Source: Candidatus Saccharibacteria bacterium UBA3304
Lineage (GTDB): Bacteria; Patescibacteriota; Saccharimonadia; Saccharimonadales; Saccharimonadaceae
Direction of reading: 5' to 3'
Length of the DNA stretch: 64,000 nucleotides
NCBI GenBank assembly: GCA_002361425.1
Contig: DESW01000014.1
Span: 376 to 64,375, forward strand
Shown here: positions 8,181 to 16,656 of the stretch, piece after piece
How the letters are laid out: each line of letters opens with the position of its first letter
Position numbering within the stretch: the first letter of the stretch is position 1
The notes under the pieces: generated by a model
Told to the model about the DNA's origin: nothing
What the model saw: only the letters and a program-made list of their open reading frames with translations
The model's database searches: none
Translations under genes and position numbers: made by a program

Positions 8181-9232
8181 AGTTTCAGTCTCCAGATTAA
8201 TGCGACGAATATTATGAAACAAACACCAGAGACGTATAATGCTATTTCTGGTTTATCGATATAGACTACTTCTGGTGCACCATCCATCTTTGCCGTTTCC
8301 TGATCCATAATTTCATGAATAATCGACTCGGTTGTATGCTCGGTATCGAGCGGGACTGCTACACCGTCGACAATTTTATAATAATCCCCTAAATCGTAAA
8401 ATGTACCGTTCGTTAGTTTTGTAGCGTCTATGAACTCATTTTTTTGTTGTGTATTGTTTATGGACGGGATGTATAGGCCGTAGAATGTGACGCCGTAGCG
8501 TTTTGCATACCGAGCGACCTGTTCTATGTCTATACTCTGAGTGCTTCTGTTCATATAGTCTAAATACCCGTTATCAGTAGCGACGATTACGCTTTTTGCT
8601 CGTTTATTATTATCTGATAGGTCAAGACTATTTACGCACCCCATAACTCCATCGCCGATAGCCGAGGTCGAACTACCGAATACCATATCTGCTGAGATTG
8701 GCGCAAAGCGGGAAGTCGCGGAATATGAAGTGCTTTTTTTGTCGAAAGATAAGTTGTTTAATATTTCTGCGAGAGCATCATAATCATCAGTCGGAGGGAT
8801 TAGGTTTGCTGGTTTTCCGTCGAAGATAGTAACCGCTATGCGCTGCTCGGATAATCCGTTTGCAATTTTCTTAAAATATTTTAGGATTTCGTTCATATAT
8901 GAGTACATCGAACCACTCACGTCTAAACAGAGCACCACGTCTCGCTTTTCCGATTCCGATCTACGCTCATCGCGAGAAGTTGGCCTTGCGGCGACGGCCG
9001 TAAGAGAAAATAGCGCGGCTAGAAAAGCTACGGCAGCGCAAGCCATCAAAATGCGGTAACGTGTAACGGCACGGCGATAGGCTGGAAGCATCTTAATTGT
9101 CTTCGTATGTGCAATCACGGCGACGCGTTTCAAGTCGCGATCGTGGCTATGTATGCGGTAGCGATACCAGGCGATGAAAATAATAATTGCGATTGCAATC
9201 GGCGGAATGATAAATAGCCAAGTATACTTCAT
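8177..9232 (-). CDS. vWA domain membrane protein (BatA-like)
   Basis: 351 aa with N-terminal TMs, MIDAS motif LCLDVSGSM, and a C-terminal TM. Confidence 0.75.
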   Translation of the reverse strand: MKYTWLFIIPPIAIAIIIFIAWYRYRIHSHDRDLKRVAVIAHTKTIKMLPAYRRAVTRYRILMACAAVAFLAALFSLTAVAARPTSRDERRSESEKRDVVLCLDVSGSMYSYMNEILKYFKKIANGLSEQRIAVTIFDGKPANLIPPTDDYDALAEILNNLSFDKKSTSYSATSRFAPISADMVFGSSTSAIGDGVMGCVNSLDLSDNNKRAKSVIVATDNGYLDYMNRSTQSIDIEQVARYAKRYGVTFYGLYIPSINNTQQKNEFIDATKLTNGTFYDLGDYYKIVDGVAVPLDTEHTTESIIHEIMDQETAKMDGAPEVVYIDKPEIALYVSGVCFIIFVALIWRLKL

Positions 9233-9233
9233 A

Positions 9234-9713
9234 TTACTGCTCCCTCACAATCTGGCGTGCCTTTTCGGCAGCGTCCGCCACAGAACCTTTTTCGAGCGTA
9301 TCGAACTCATCTGGATAATAGCCGTCAACCAACTCGGCGAGCTTCTTATAATTCGACTTTTTAATATCGCTAAGCGTCATTACGTCAGCATGGAAGCCCA
9401 TACCTTCATAGAAGAAGAGGCGTACAATCAAGCTAAGTTGCTGGTGGCACTGTGAAGCTTTGATCTGGCGACGCTTAAAGCGCTCCTCGGCTTCGTTAAT
9501 CATCTTCAAATACTTGTCGCGCAAAACATTCATATTAACCACCTTCGGTGCGGTGACTTTGAGCGTACTGATAGTCTTAATTTCCTTCTTACGCGTAGCG
9601 TAAATAATCGCAATAATTGTACCGATTGCGATGCCTAGCAAAAGCAAACCAATCATTGCCCAAATTGGTGAGTAATTAATTGGACCGTAGTAGAGCATCT
9701 TATCTTCTGACAT
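9234..9713 (-). CDS. small single-pass membrane protein of the MoxR/DUF58 operon (DUF4381-like position)
   Basis: 159 aa with one TM (IWAMIGLLLLGIAIGTIIAIIY). Sits between the DUF58 and vWA genes as in Bat operons. Confidence 0.5.
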   Translation of the reverse strand: MSEDKMLYYGPINYSPIWAMIGLLLLGIAIGTIIAIIYATRKKEIKTISTLKVTAPKVVNMNVLRDKYLKMINEAEERFKRRQIKASQCHQQLSLIVRLFFYEGMGFHADVMTLSDIKKSNYKKLAELVDGYYPDEFDTLEKGSVADAAEKARQIVREQ

Positions 9714-10587
9714 GTTTTTGCTCCTCTAGCATATTAACGATGCGCGGAATGGCATGGTTGGTGCTATCGACGAAACAGCAAACGATGCCCATGCGGCGTA
9801 AGGTTTTGCGAATGCCAACGCGTTGCGCTTCGCGGTATTCTTCCTCGGCCTTTGCAATCTTTTTGTTCTGGCGGAAGAAGCGTGACAAACGCATTTTGCC
9901 ATCGATATCGACGGTGTCGTAATTGGCTAGCAAATTGTTCGTTAATGGTGAATCTTCAACGATGATAAACATAATTTCGTGGCGTGCATGCAACTTACGA
10001 ATCATTTCGGTATCGATCTGGCTTACGCCCTCGGCGTCACTCATGATAATCATAAAGCTGCGCTCGCGGTAAGTCTTGGAAACGTAAGTAAGTAGGGAAT
10101 TGAGATCGCTTGGTTCGGCGTTAAGTGTCATTGACTTGGCATATTTATCGAGGAAGTTCTCAATATAAGCCGTATCCTCCTTTTGCATATAGCGCTTGTT
10201 TTCACCGTGGTTGCCGTAAATCATACCAACGTAGTCGCCATGATGCTGTGCGACGTAAGCCATTACGCCAGCGCAGAAAGTCGCAACTTCCTGTTTGCTC
10301 TCGCCGCTCGGCGCAAGCGTTGCCATCGTATTGCCGTTATCAGCTACGAGCAAAATATTATGTTTGCGGACAGCGATGTAACGACGAATCATAATTGTGC
10401 GTGAACGTGCGGTTGCCTTCCAGTCGATATCCTTCACATCATCGCCGTAGTTATATTCGCGAAGGTCATCAAAATCCAAGCTACGTCCTTTAAAGACGGA
10501 GCCGTAATTACCGGTCAAAACATTTCTGACGCGGCGCTGCGCAAAGATATCCATTTTCTTGCGCACTTTTACGAGATAGCTTGGCAT
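9700..10587 (-). CDS. DUF58 domain protein (MoxR-associated, vWA-like)
   Basis: 295 aa with G.Y.S.FKGRSLDFDDLREYNYGDDVKDIDWKATAR, the hallmark DUF58 motif. Immediately downstream of MoxR. Confidence 0.85.
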   Translation of the reverse strand: MPSYLVKVRKKMDIFAQRRVRNVLTGNYGSVFKGRSLDFDDLREYNYGDDVKDIDWKATARSRTIMIRRYIAVRKHNILLVADNGNTMATLAPSGESKQEVATFCAGVMAYVAQHHGDYVGMIYGNHGENKRYMQKEDTAYIENFLDKYAKSMTLNAEPSDLNSLLTYVSKTYRERSFMIIMSDAEGVSQIDTEMIRKLHARHEIMFIIVEDSPLTNNLLANYDTVDIDGKMRLSRFFRQNKKIAKAEEEYREAQRVGIRKTLRRMGIVCCFVDSTNHAIPRIVNMLEEQKHVRR

Positions 10588-10608
10588 TTTTCTTTTAGTT
10601 TTCCTTTA

Positions 10609-11607
10609 CTATGGTGTCTGAATCTTTGCAAAAATTGCATCAATGATTGCTTCTGGATGAACGTCATCAGCAGCTGCTTCGAAGTTGAGGATAATGCGGT
10701 GGCGAAGAGCGGCATGGCGAAGCTGCTTAACATCGTCTGGTGTTACATAGCCGCGGCCATTGATGAGCGCGAGTGCTTGTGCAATCTGAAGAAGAGCGAT
10801 GCCGCCACGTGGGCTGACGCCGTATTCGACGTAGCGAGCGAGATTTGCATCGATGATTGCGCGTGGGTTACGGGTTGCGGTAACGATGTTTACGATGTAA
10901 TTCTTGATCGAATCGTCAACTGCGACCTGCTTTGCGTAAGCCTGAACTTTCTTGATGTCTTCAATTGAGACCTTATCGGCAGCGCTGAGTTCGGCAGTAG
11001 TCTGGCCAGCGATGGTGTAGTTAAGAATCTGCATTTCTTCATCGCGGCTAGGATAATCAACGACCTCTTTCAAGAGGAAGCGGTCGAGCTGAGCTTCTGG
11101 AAGTTCGTAAGTACCTTCCTGTTCGATTGGGTTCTGAGTTGCGAGGACAACAAATGGTTCTGGCATCTTATACATTACGCCACCAACAGAAACCTGGCGT
11201 TCCTGCATGGCCTCAAGCATAGCAGACTGAGTTTTGGCGCTAGAACGGTTAATTTCATCGAGGAGTACGAAATTAGCGTGAACTGGACCAATCTTGGTAT
11301 CAAAATCACCAGAGTTGTAGTTATAAATCTGAGTACCAATAATATCGCTTGGGAGCAAATCTGGCGTACACTGAATGCGGCTAAAGCTACCGCTTGATGC
11401 TTCAGCGATTGTCTTTGCGGCGAGGGTCTTTGCGAGACCTGGTACGGATTCGAGCAAGACGTGACCACCTGCAATCAATGCGACTTCCATCGCGAGCTTA
11501 AGCTCTTCCTGGCCTACAACTTTTTTGCTGTAAGCTGCGCTGAGCTTATTAATAATTCCTTTTGCTTCGTTGAGCGCTGCATCGCTCAGAGTGTTGCCTT
11601 GGTTCAT
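10609..11607 (-). CDS. MoxR-family AAA+ ATPase
   Basis: 332 aa with Walker A-like ESVPGLAKT, Walker B FVLLDEINR, ATQNP and LDRF motifs. Confidence 0.9.
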   Translation of the reverse strand: MNQGNTLSDAALNEAKGIINKLSAAYSKKVVGQEELKLAMEVALIAGGHVLLESVPGLAKTLAAKTIAEASSGSFSRIQCTPDLLPSDIIGTQIYNYNSGDFDTKIGPVHANFVLLDEINRSSAKTQSAMLEAMQERQVSVGGVMYKMPEPFVVLATQNPIEQEGTYELPEAQLDRFLLKEVVDYPSRDEEMQILNYTIAGQTTAELSAADKVSIEDIKKVQAYAKQVAVDDSIKNYIVNIVTATRNPRAIIDANLARYVEYGVSPRGGIALLQIAQALALINGRGYVTPDDVKQLRHAALRHRIILNFEAAADDVHPEAIIDAIFAKIQTP

Positions 11608-11620
11608 TTTTTCTCCTCTC

Positions 11621-12280
11621 TTATGCCCAATACAAACTTATGTTATTTGCCATATTAATTTTGTCGTCTTCGGAATAATTGTCTGGTTGATCGAAGTAGT
11701 GGGAATCTTCGAAGAAGTTATTCTGAAGCACATCCATGTACGTCACGCCATCGGTATCAATCAGGAATTTGTCGGAAACGGCTGACGTGATATTTCCGAC
11801 TACGCCAGTAATTACGGTAGGAGTATAAGATTTCAAGATATTTAGTGCGACCTGAATCTGGAATGAGGTCTGTAAAACGTCGGCGAAGAGTAGGACGTTG
11901 CGGTTGTTGAATGCTGCCAAATCAAAGTAAGGGTTCGGGTCGCGTTCGCCGTTAATTTCAGAGAAAGCTTCGCGTTTACGCTCCTCAATAATACTCATAA
12001 AGTCGCTGGCGATGTACTCGTATTCTGACTGAGAGATATCCGGATTCAAAACGAATTCGCCCTTCGGCGTAATAGCACCAAGGTTGCGGGTAATATCGAA
12101 TGGATCGGCGATCTCAGCATACTGTAAGACATAGATATAAGCGTGAAGATGTGCGGCAAGCTCAATGCAGGAAAGCAAGGAACTTTTCTTGAGGCAGAAA
12201 ATAATCGACTCATTGTTCTTGTACTGAGTCAATCGCATTGCCAGCTGATCACCTAATGCCTGACGGCTAGGATAGAACAC
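11621..12280 (-). CDS. phosphoribosyltransferase-like protein (degenerate PRPP loop), first gene of the MoxR operon
   Basis: 219 aa with GTG start and GGAGGTG SD. Overall layout resembles the 'putative phosphoribosyl transferase' family, but the PRPP-binding acidic loop reads VLLFADVLQTS rather than VDDG. Confidence 0.45.
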   Translation of the reverse strand: MFYPSRQALGDQLAMRLTQYKNNESIIFCLKKSSLLSCIELAAHLHAYIYVLQYAEIADPFDITRNLGAITPKGEFVLNPDISQSEYEYIASDFMSIIEERKREAFSEINGERDPNPYFDLAAFNNRNVLLFADVLQTSFQIQVALNILKSYTPTVITGVVGNITSAVSDKFLIDTDGVTYMDVLQNNFFEDSHYFDQPDNYSEDDKINMANNISLYWA

Positions 12281-12433
12281 ACCACCTCCACTAAATTACA
12301 CTTATGTATATTTTAGCACGCCAAACACGCTTATGAATACTTGACTTTTTTCGCAAAGTGTGCTATAATGATTGTCATGAAGCATTGAGTTGGAGCGCTT
12401 AGAGCTCCCTGGCACTTTTCAAAGGAGGGTATT

Positions 12434-12931
12434 ATGAAGAAGATAATATCTATAGTTACACTACTCGTTGTCGTTTTATTGGCTATGCCTGCAAACATCG
12501 CATATGCTTGTGAATGTGGCTGCAATTGCAACAAGGGCACAACGACAACCGTTGCTACGTCTACCGTCGAAAAGACAAAGAAGGTTACGCAGCTCGAGAA
12601 AAAGACCAAGGCTCTCTTAAAGCCTGAAAAGTCGTACGGTAAGAAGTACGGCTGGGATTGCACAACAAAGGTTACGAAGAAGACCTCGAAAAAACTCTAT
12701 ACAAGAGTCGTTTTCCATAATGATAGTACTCGGATGAGTCTCAATGTGACAATCCGTGCTACTAAGTCTAAGTCCGGCAAAGTAACCGCTGCATGGTGGT
12801 TTAAGGACAAGGAAGACGGTAAATGGAAAAAAACTACACCGGAAGGTGTGGAAAGAGTTTTGAAGCAGTATGGCAAGAAGGTAAAGACAAAGTCTACGCC
12901 CGTAAAAGACGATATACCTGTAGTTCCGTAA
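12434..12931 (+). CDS. secreted lysine-rich small protein with N-terminal CxCxCxC motif
   Basis: 165 aa with signal peptide MKKIISIVTLLVVVLLAMPANIAYA. The mature end begins CECGCNCNKG and is about 25% Lys. AGGAGGG SD. Confidence 0.7.
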   Translation: MKKIISIVTLLVVVLLAMPANIAYACECGCNCNKGTTTTVATSTVEKTKKVTQLEKKTKALLKPEKSYGKKYGWDCTTKVTKKTSKKLYTRVVFHNDSTRMSLNVTIRATKSKSGKVTAAWWFKDKEDGKWKKTTPEGVERVLKQYGKKVKTKSTPVKDDIPVVP

Positions 12932-12940
12932 TGTTCCCGT

Positions 12941-12966
12941 GGCACCGCGAAAGCGGTGCTTTTTTC
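12941..12966 (+). terminator. intrinsic terminator after the secreted-protein gene
   Basis: ggcaccgc-gaaa-gcggtgc followed by T6. Confidence 0.8.
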
Positions 12967-12976
12967 TTTGAAGGAA

Positions 12977-14002
12977 TTAGACGATAATGCCGCCGCCGAT
13001 ACAGACGTCGCCGCGGTAAAATACGACGGACTGGCCTGGCGTGAGGGATTTTTGTTCTTCAGCAAAAGTAAGTAAGCCAGTCTCTGCGTCATAGTCAGCA
13101 GAAACTAATGGTGCGCGGTGACGAATGCGAGCCTCGATATTATGACCATCGTCGCCGCCACGGAGCACTACGTCCTTCAAAGTGATTTCTTTTTTCCAGA
13201 GTGAAAGGGCATTAAGATTGCGCGAAACATAGACGATATTTGCTTGAATATCTTTGCGGACAACATAGTATGGCAAACCGTCTTTGAGGTTTAAGCCATG
13301 GCGCTGGCCGAGCGTGTAATAGATTGCGCCGTCATGTGTGCCGACAACTTTGTCAGTCTCGAGCTCGCGGATCTCGCCCGGTTTTGTGTCGATAAACTCG
13401 CCCAAAAAGTCGCGCATATTTGCTTCGCCTACGAAACAGACGCCCATCGATTCTGGCTTATGTGCTACGGCAAGACCAATTTTCTCGGCGAGGGCTTTGA
13501 CTTCTGGCTTTAGCATGTCGCCAACGGGGAAAATCGTGCGCTCAATTACATCTTCCGTAATGCGATAGAGGAAGTAAGTCTGATCTTTATTCTCGTCGCG
13601 CGCCTTTAGGAGCTGGCGGCCGGCGCAGCGAGCGTAGTGGCCGGTTGCAATTGCTTCGGCGCCTTGCTCGAATGCAGTCTCAGCGAAGAGTTTAAACTTA
13701 ATCTCCTGGTTGCACATAATATCAGGGTTTGGCGTGTTGCCTTTCTGATATTCGGCAAGCATATAATCAACGACTTTCTGCTTATATTCAGTTTCAAAAT
13801 CGAATACGCGGAAATCGATGCCGAGCTTCACGGCGACGCGCTTGGCGTCCGCGAGATCTTCGGCCCAAGGGCACTTCATGCCTGGAAGATTTTTGCTCCA
13901 GTTCTTCATGTAGACGCCGACGACTTCGTGACCTTGCTGCTGCAAAAGATAGGCACTAACCGCCGAATCTACGCCGCCGGACATGCCTAGGAATACTTTC
14001 AT
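12977..14002 (-). CDS. mnmA: tRNA 2-thiouridine(34) synthase MnmA
   Basis: 341 aa with PP-loop GMSGGVDSAV and catalytic Cys regions typical of MnmA. Confidence 0.9.
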   Translation of the reverse strand: MKVFLGMSGGVDSAVSAYLLQQQGHEVVGVYMKNWSKNLPGMKCPWAEDLADAKRVAVKLGIDFRVFDFETEYKQKVVDYMLAEYQKGNTPNPDIMCNQEIKFKLFAETAFEQGAEAIATGHYARCAGRQLLKARDENKDQTYFLYRITEDVIERTIFPVGDMLKPEVKALAEKIGLAVAHKPESMGVCFVGEANMRDFLGEFIDTKPGEIRELETDKVVGTHDGAIYYTLGQRHGLNLKDGLPYYVVRKDIQANIVYVSRNLNALSLWKKEITLKDVVLRGGDDGHNIEARIRHRAPLVSADYDAETGLLTFAEEQKSLTPGQSVVFYRGDVCIGGGIIV

Positions 14003-14568
14003 ATGGATAAATTGAATCTTATTAATTCGTCGATTGAGATGATTTTTCTATCCCTTTTTTCGATATCGCATTTTGCCTGCAATAAAGGATAAAAGTGAAA
14101 GCCCTCGGTTAGTTTAAGCTGTTTGCAATCTTCTTTCCAGGAGCTCCATCTATACGGTTCGTAGAAAATATTGACGGCTTCCGGCTTATTGAGTAGCCAG
14201 TCCAGGAATTGCGTATAATAAACTCCCATGTTTTCCCAAGCGTTAGTGTCAGGGGCAAAATAATAGACTACGCCATCTTTTAGGCCGAAAAGACCGCCGA
14301 GAATGTCTTCGCCGATTAATATGTCGACGAGATTCGACTTATTGTAGGCCTCGTTCTTTTCGACGACGTTTAACTGGCCGCAGCCATAGAGTCTAATCCA
14401 GTTGTCAATGACGATTCCGCCGCACCTGGTGAATTGTTCGTAGAAAAAATTGCCCTGATATTGGCTGAATTTGGCCTCAAAATCAGAAACGACCGATGCG
14501 TCGACATCTTCTATTAAAGCAATATTATCTCTGTTTTTGATATCTTGGAAGAATAAATCCGTTTTCAT
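13999..14568 (-). CDS. DUF2625-like protein, translationally coupled to mnmA
   Basis: 189 aa. GGIVIDNWIRLYGCG ... GGLFGL ... YYFAPDTNAWENMGVYYTQFLDWLL resembles the DUF2625 pattern from memory. ATGA overlap with mnmA. Confidence 0.45.
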   Translation of the reverse strand: MKTDLFFQDIKNRDNIALIEDVDASVVSDFEAKFSQYQGNFFYEQFTRCGGIVIDNWIRLYGCGQLNVVEKNEAYNKSNLVDILIGEDILGGLFGLKDGVVYYFAPDTNAWENMGVYYTQFLDWLLNKPEAVNIFYEPYRWSSWKEDCKQLKLTEGFHFYPLLQAKCDIEKRDRKIISIDELIRFNLSI

Positions 14569-14647
14569 CTTGGCAATATTATATAATATTTTTTCCGTCT
14601 TTACTAGGTGGCTAGCGTAACAGATAAAAATATGTTAAAATATGAGT

Positions 14648-15808
14648 ATGTTTGTTGATACGGCGAAAGTTTATATTAAAGCCGGCAAGGGTGGCAACGG
14701 AGCTATCTCTTTCCGACACGAAATCTACATCCCTAAAGGCGGCCCAGATGGTGGCGACGGCGGCAAAGGCGGTGATGTGGTTTTTGTGGCAAGTAAAGAC
14801 TGCGACACTTTGATTGATTTTCGCTTCCAACCAAAACTTATTGCCGAGGATGGCAAAGCTGGTTCTGGTCAGAAATCCAGCGGCAAATCCGGCAAAGACC
14901 TCGAAGTCGAGGTTCCAATCGGTACTGTCGTAAAACGTGACGGCGAGATTGTCGCTGACCTTACTTTTGATGGCGATCGTCAAATCGTTGCTCATGGTGG
15001 CGACGGCGGTTACGGCAACTGGCACTTCCGCAGTTCTACTCGCCAGACGCCAAAAATTGCCGAGCTCGGTAACCCAGGTGAAAGCTTTGATGCTGAACTT
15101 GAGCTCAAACTTCTCGCAGATGTCGGTCTCGTCGGTTTCCCAAATGCCGGCAAGTCGACTTTCCTTTCCGTTGTTTCTAACGCAACTCCAGAAATCGCCG
15201 ATTATCCATTCACGACCATTACCCCAAATCTTGGCGTCGCGAAAGTCGACGATCATGCAATTCTCATTGCAGATATTCCAGGTCTTATCGAAGGCGCTTC
15301 TGACGGCAAGGGTCTCGGCGACCGCTTCCTTCGCCACGTTGAGCGCACTAAGGTTCTCTTGCATCTCGTCGATGTTTATTCCGAAGATGCTGGCAAAGCT
15401 TACAAAGACATTCGTGCTGAGCTCGAAAAATATTCAACCGAACTCGCTAGTCGTCCAGAAATCGTTGCGCTTACTAAGTGTGAAGGTCTCGACGAAGAAC
15501 TTATTAAAATGCAAATGCAAGCTATCCTCGAGCAGAATCCTGACGCTAAAGTTATGGCAATTTCTAGCTCTGCTCATCAGGGCCTTACCGAAGTTCTTCG
15601 CGAACTCTGGCAGGTTATTGAAACTAGCCGCAAGGCTGAAGAGCCGGTCGAAGAAGAGACTGAAGAAGGGGAAGATATTCCAGTTATTACGCTCGACGTC
15701 AAAGAGCAAAAGCATCGCGCTCATCACCAGAAATATCAGCTTGGCGATCGTGGCTCTATCCATGAACTCGAAGCCGGCGAATATGTCGACGACGACCTTG
15801 ACGAATAG
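14648..15808 (+). CDS. obg: GTPase Obg/CgtA
   Basis: MFVDTAKVYIKAGKGGNGAISFR Obg fold, then G1 GFPNAGKST, G3 DIPGLIEGA and a TKCE (NKxD-like) motif. Start set to the ATG 6 nt after TAAAAT (14636-14641); the track start 14642 abuts the -10 box. Confidence 0.9.
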   Translation: MFVDTAKVYIKAGKGGNGAISFRHEIYIPKGGPDGGDGGKGGDVVFVASKDCDTLIDFRFQPKLIAEDGKAGSGQKSSGKSGKDLEVEVPIGTVVKRDGEIVADLTFDGDRQIVAHGGDGGYGNWHFRSSTRQTPKIAELGNPGESFDAELELKLLADVGLVGFPNAGKSTFLSVVSNATPEIADYPFTTITPNLGVAKVDDHAILIADIPGLIEGASDGKGLGDRFLRHVERTKVLLHLVDVYSEDAGKAYKDIRAELEKYSTELASRPEIVALTKCEGLDEELIKMQMQAILEQNPDAKVMAISSSAHQGLTEVLRELWQVIETSRKAEEPVEEETEEGEDIPVITLDVKEQKHRAHHQKYQLGDRGSIHELEAGEYVDDDLDE

Positions 15809-15831
15809 TCTCGCTTATGCTAATGTAAATA

Positions 15832-15990
15832 CAAGCTGGTACGCTCTGCGGGGTTCCACTGAAAAAATGTGGACAGTGTGGAGACTAGATACAAAAATAA
15901 AAACAGCGGATTAAAACAAACATTTGCTTGTGCCCCTGGGTGGGCGCGTAGCAGCTTGAAAAATACTCCTCGAAAGAGGAGCATTTTTTT
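15832..15990 (+). ncRNA. candidate structured RNA (about 160 nt) downstream of obg
   Basis: TGCTAATGT extended -10 (15818-15826). 13-nt closing helix caagctggtacgc (15832-15844) / gcgtagcagcttg (15946-15958) with 12 of 13 paired. A-rich interior. Terminator at 15963-15990. Confidence 0.4.
15963..15990 (+). terminator. intrinsic terminator (obg / candidate RNA)
   Basis: ctcctc-gaaa-gaggag followed by caT7. Confidence 0.75.
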
Positions 15991-15992
15991 AT

Positions 15993-16580
15993 CTAGAAGT
16001 GGACGATTAGTAGACCGCCAGCGCGGATTTGGCGTGGCTCGTCTAGCGTCCAGTCGATAATCGTACTCGGAAGGCTGCCGCCGGATTTGCCACGAACAAT
16101 GCCATCGATGCTCTTAATGCGGTCTTGAACCTCGCGCGAGCTGCGACAAGGCGCTTCGCCGCGTGGGTTTGCGCTCGTAACGAGCAATGGGCCGGTTTCG
16201 CGAAGAAGAGAAAGCATATAATCGTTAGCCGGAATGCGAATGCCGATCGTGCCGAAGTTATTGAAATAAACGTGCTCGAAATCTGGGTTTTTCTCGAGTA
16301 CTAATGTTAGTTCGCCAGGGAAGTAGCGGTTGGCAATCGCCATGCGACGACGGTCGATTCTGGCGTAGCGTGGGATATCTCTAACGCTAGGCACCATCAA
16401 AGTAAGAATTTTACCGCTATCAATTGGGCGGTCTTTGAGAGTAAGTAATTTAAGAATTGCAGGTTCATTATCCAGACGGACGGCGAGGCCATAAACGGTC
16501 TCGGTTGGAACAGCCAAAATAGCGCCTTTTTTCAAGGCGTTAGCGGCAGCAGAAATATCCTTCTGTGAAATTAACCTCAT
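15993..16580 (-). CDS. tsaC: L-threonylcarbamoyladenylate synthase (TsaC/YrdC family)
   Basis: 195 aa with the YrdC signature ILAVPTETVYGLA and the SANPRG-type motif TSANPRGE. Confidence 0.85.
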   Translation of the reverse strand: MRLISQKDISAAANALKKGAILAVPTETVYGLAVRLDNEPAILKLLTLKDRPIDSGKILTLMVPSVRDIPRYARIDRRRMAIANRYFPGELTLVLEKNPDFEHVYFNNFGTIGIRIPANDYMLSLLRETGPLLVTSANPRGEAPCRSSREVQDRIKSIDGIVRGKSGGSLPSTIIDWTLDEPRQIRAGGLLIVHF

Positions 16581-16656
16581 AACTCTATAATTATAGCACA
16601 GATTGGCTCAAAAGTCAAGATAAGGATGCTGATATAACAGATGATATAATATGCTT

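Noticed and set aside
14937-15914. 325-aa plus-strand ORF in an alternative frame inside obg, plus other alternative-frame ORFs inside clpC, ligA and lysS.
   Set aside because: These are Ser/Leu/Arg-rich nonsense translations embedded in well-supported genes, with no independent start signals.
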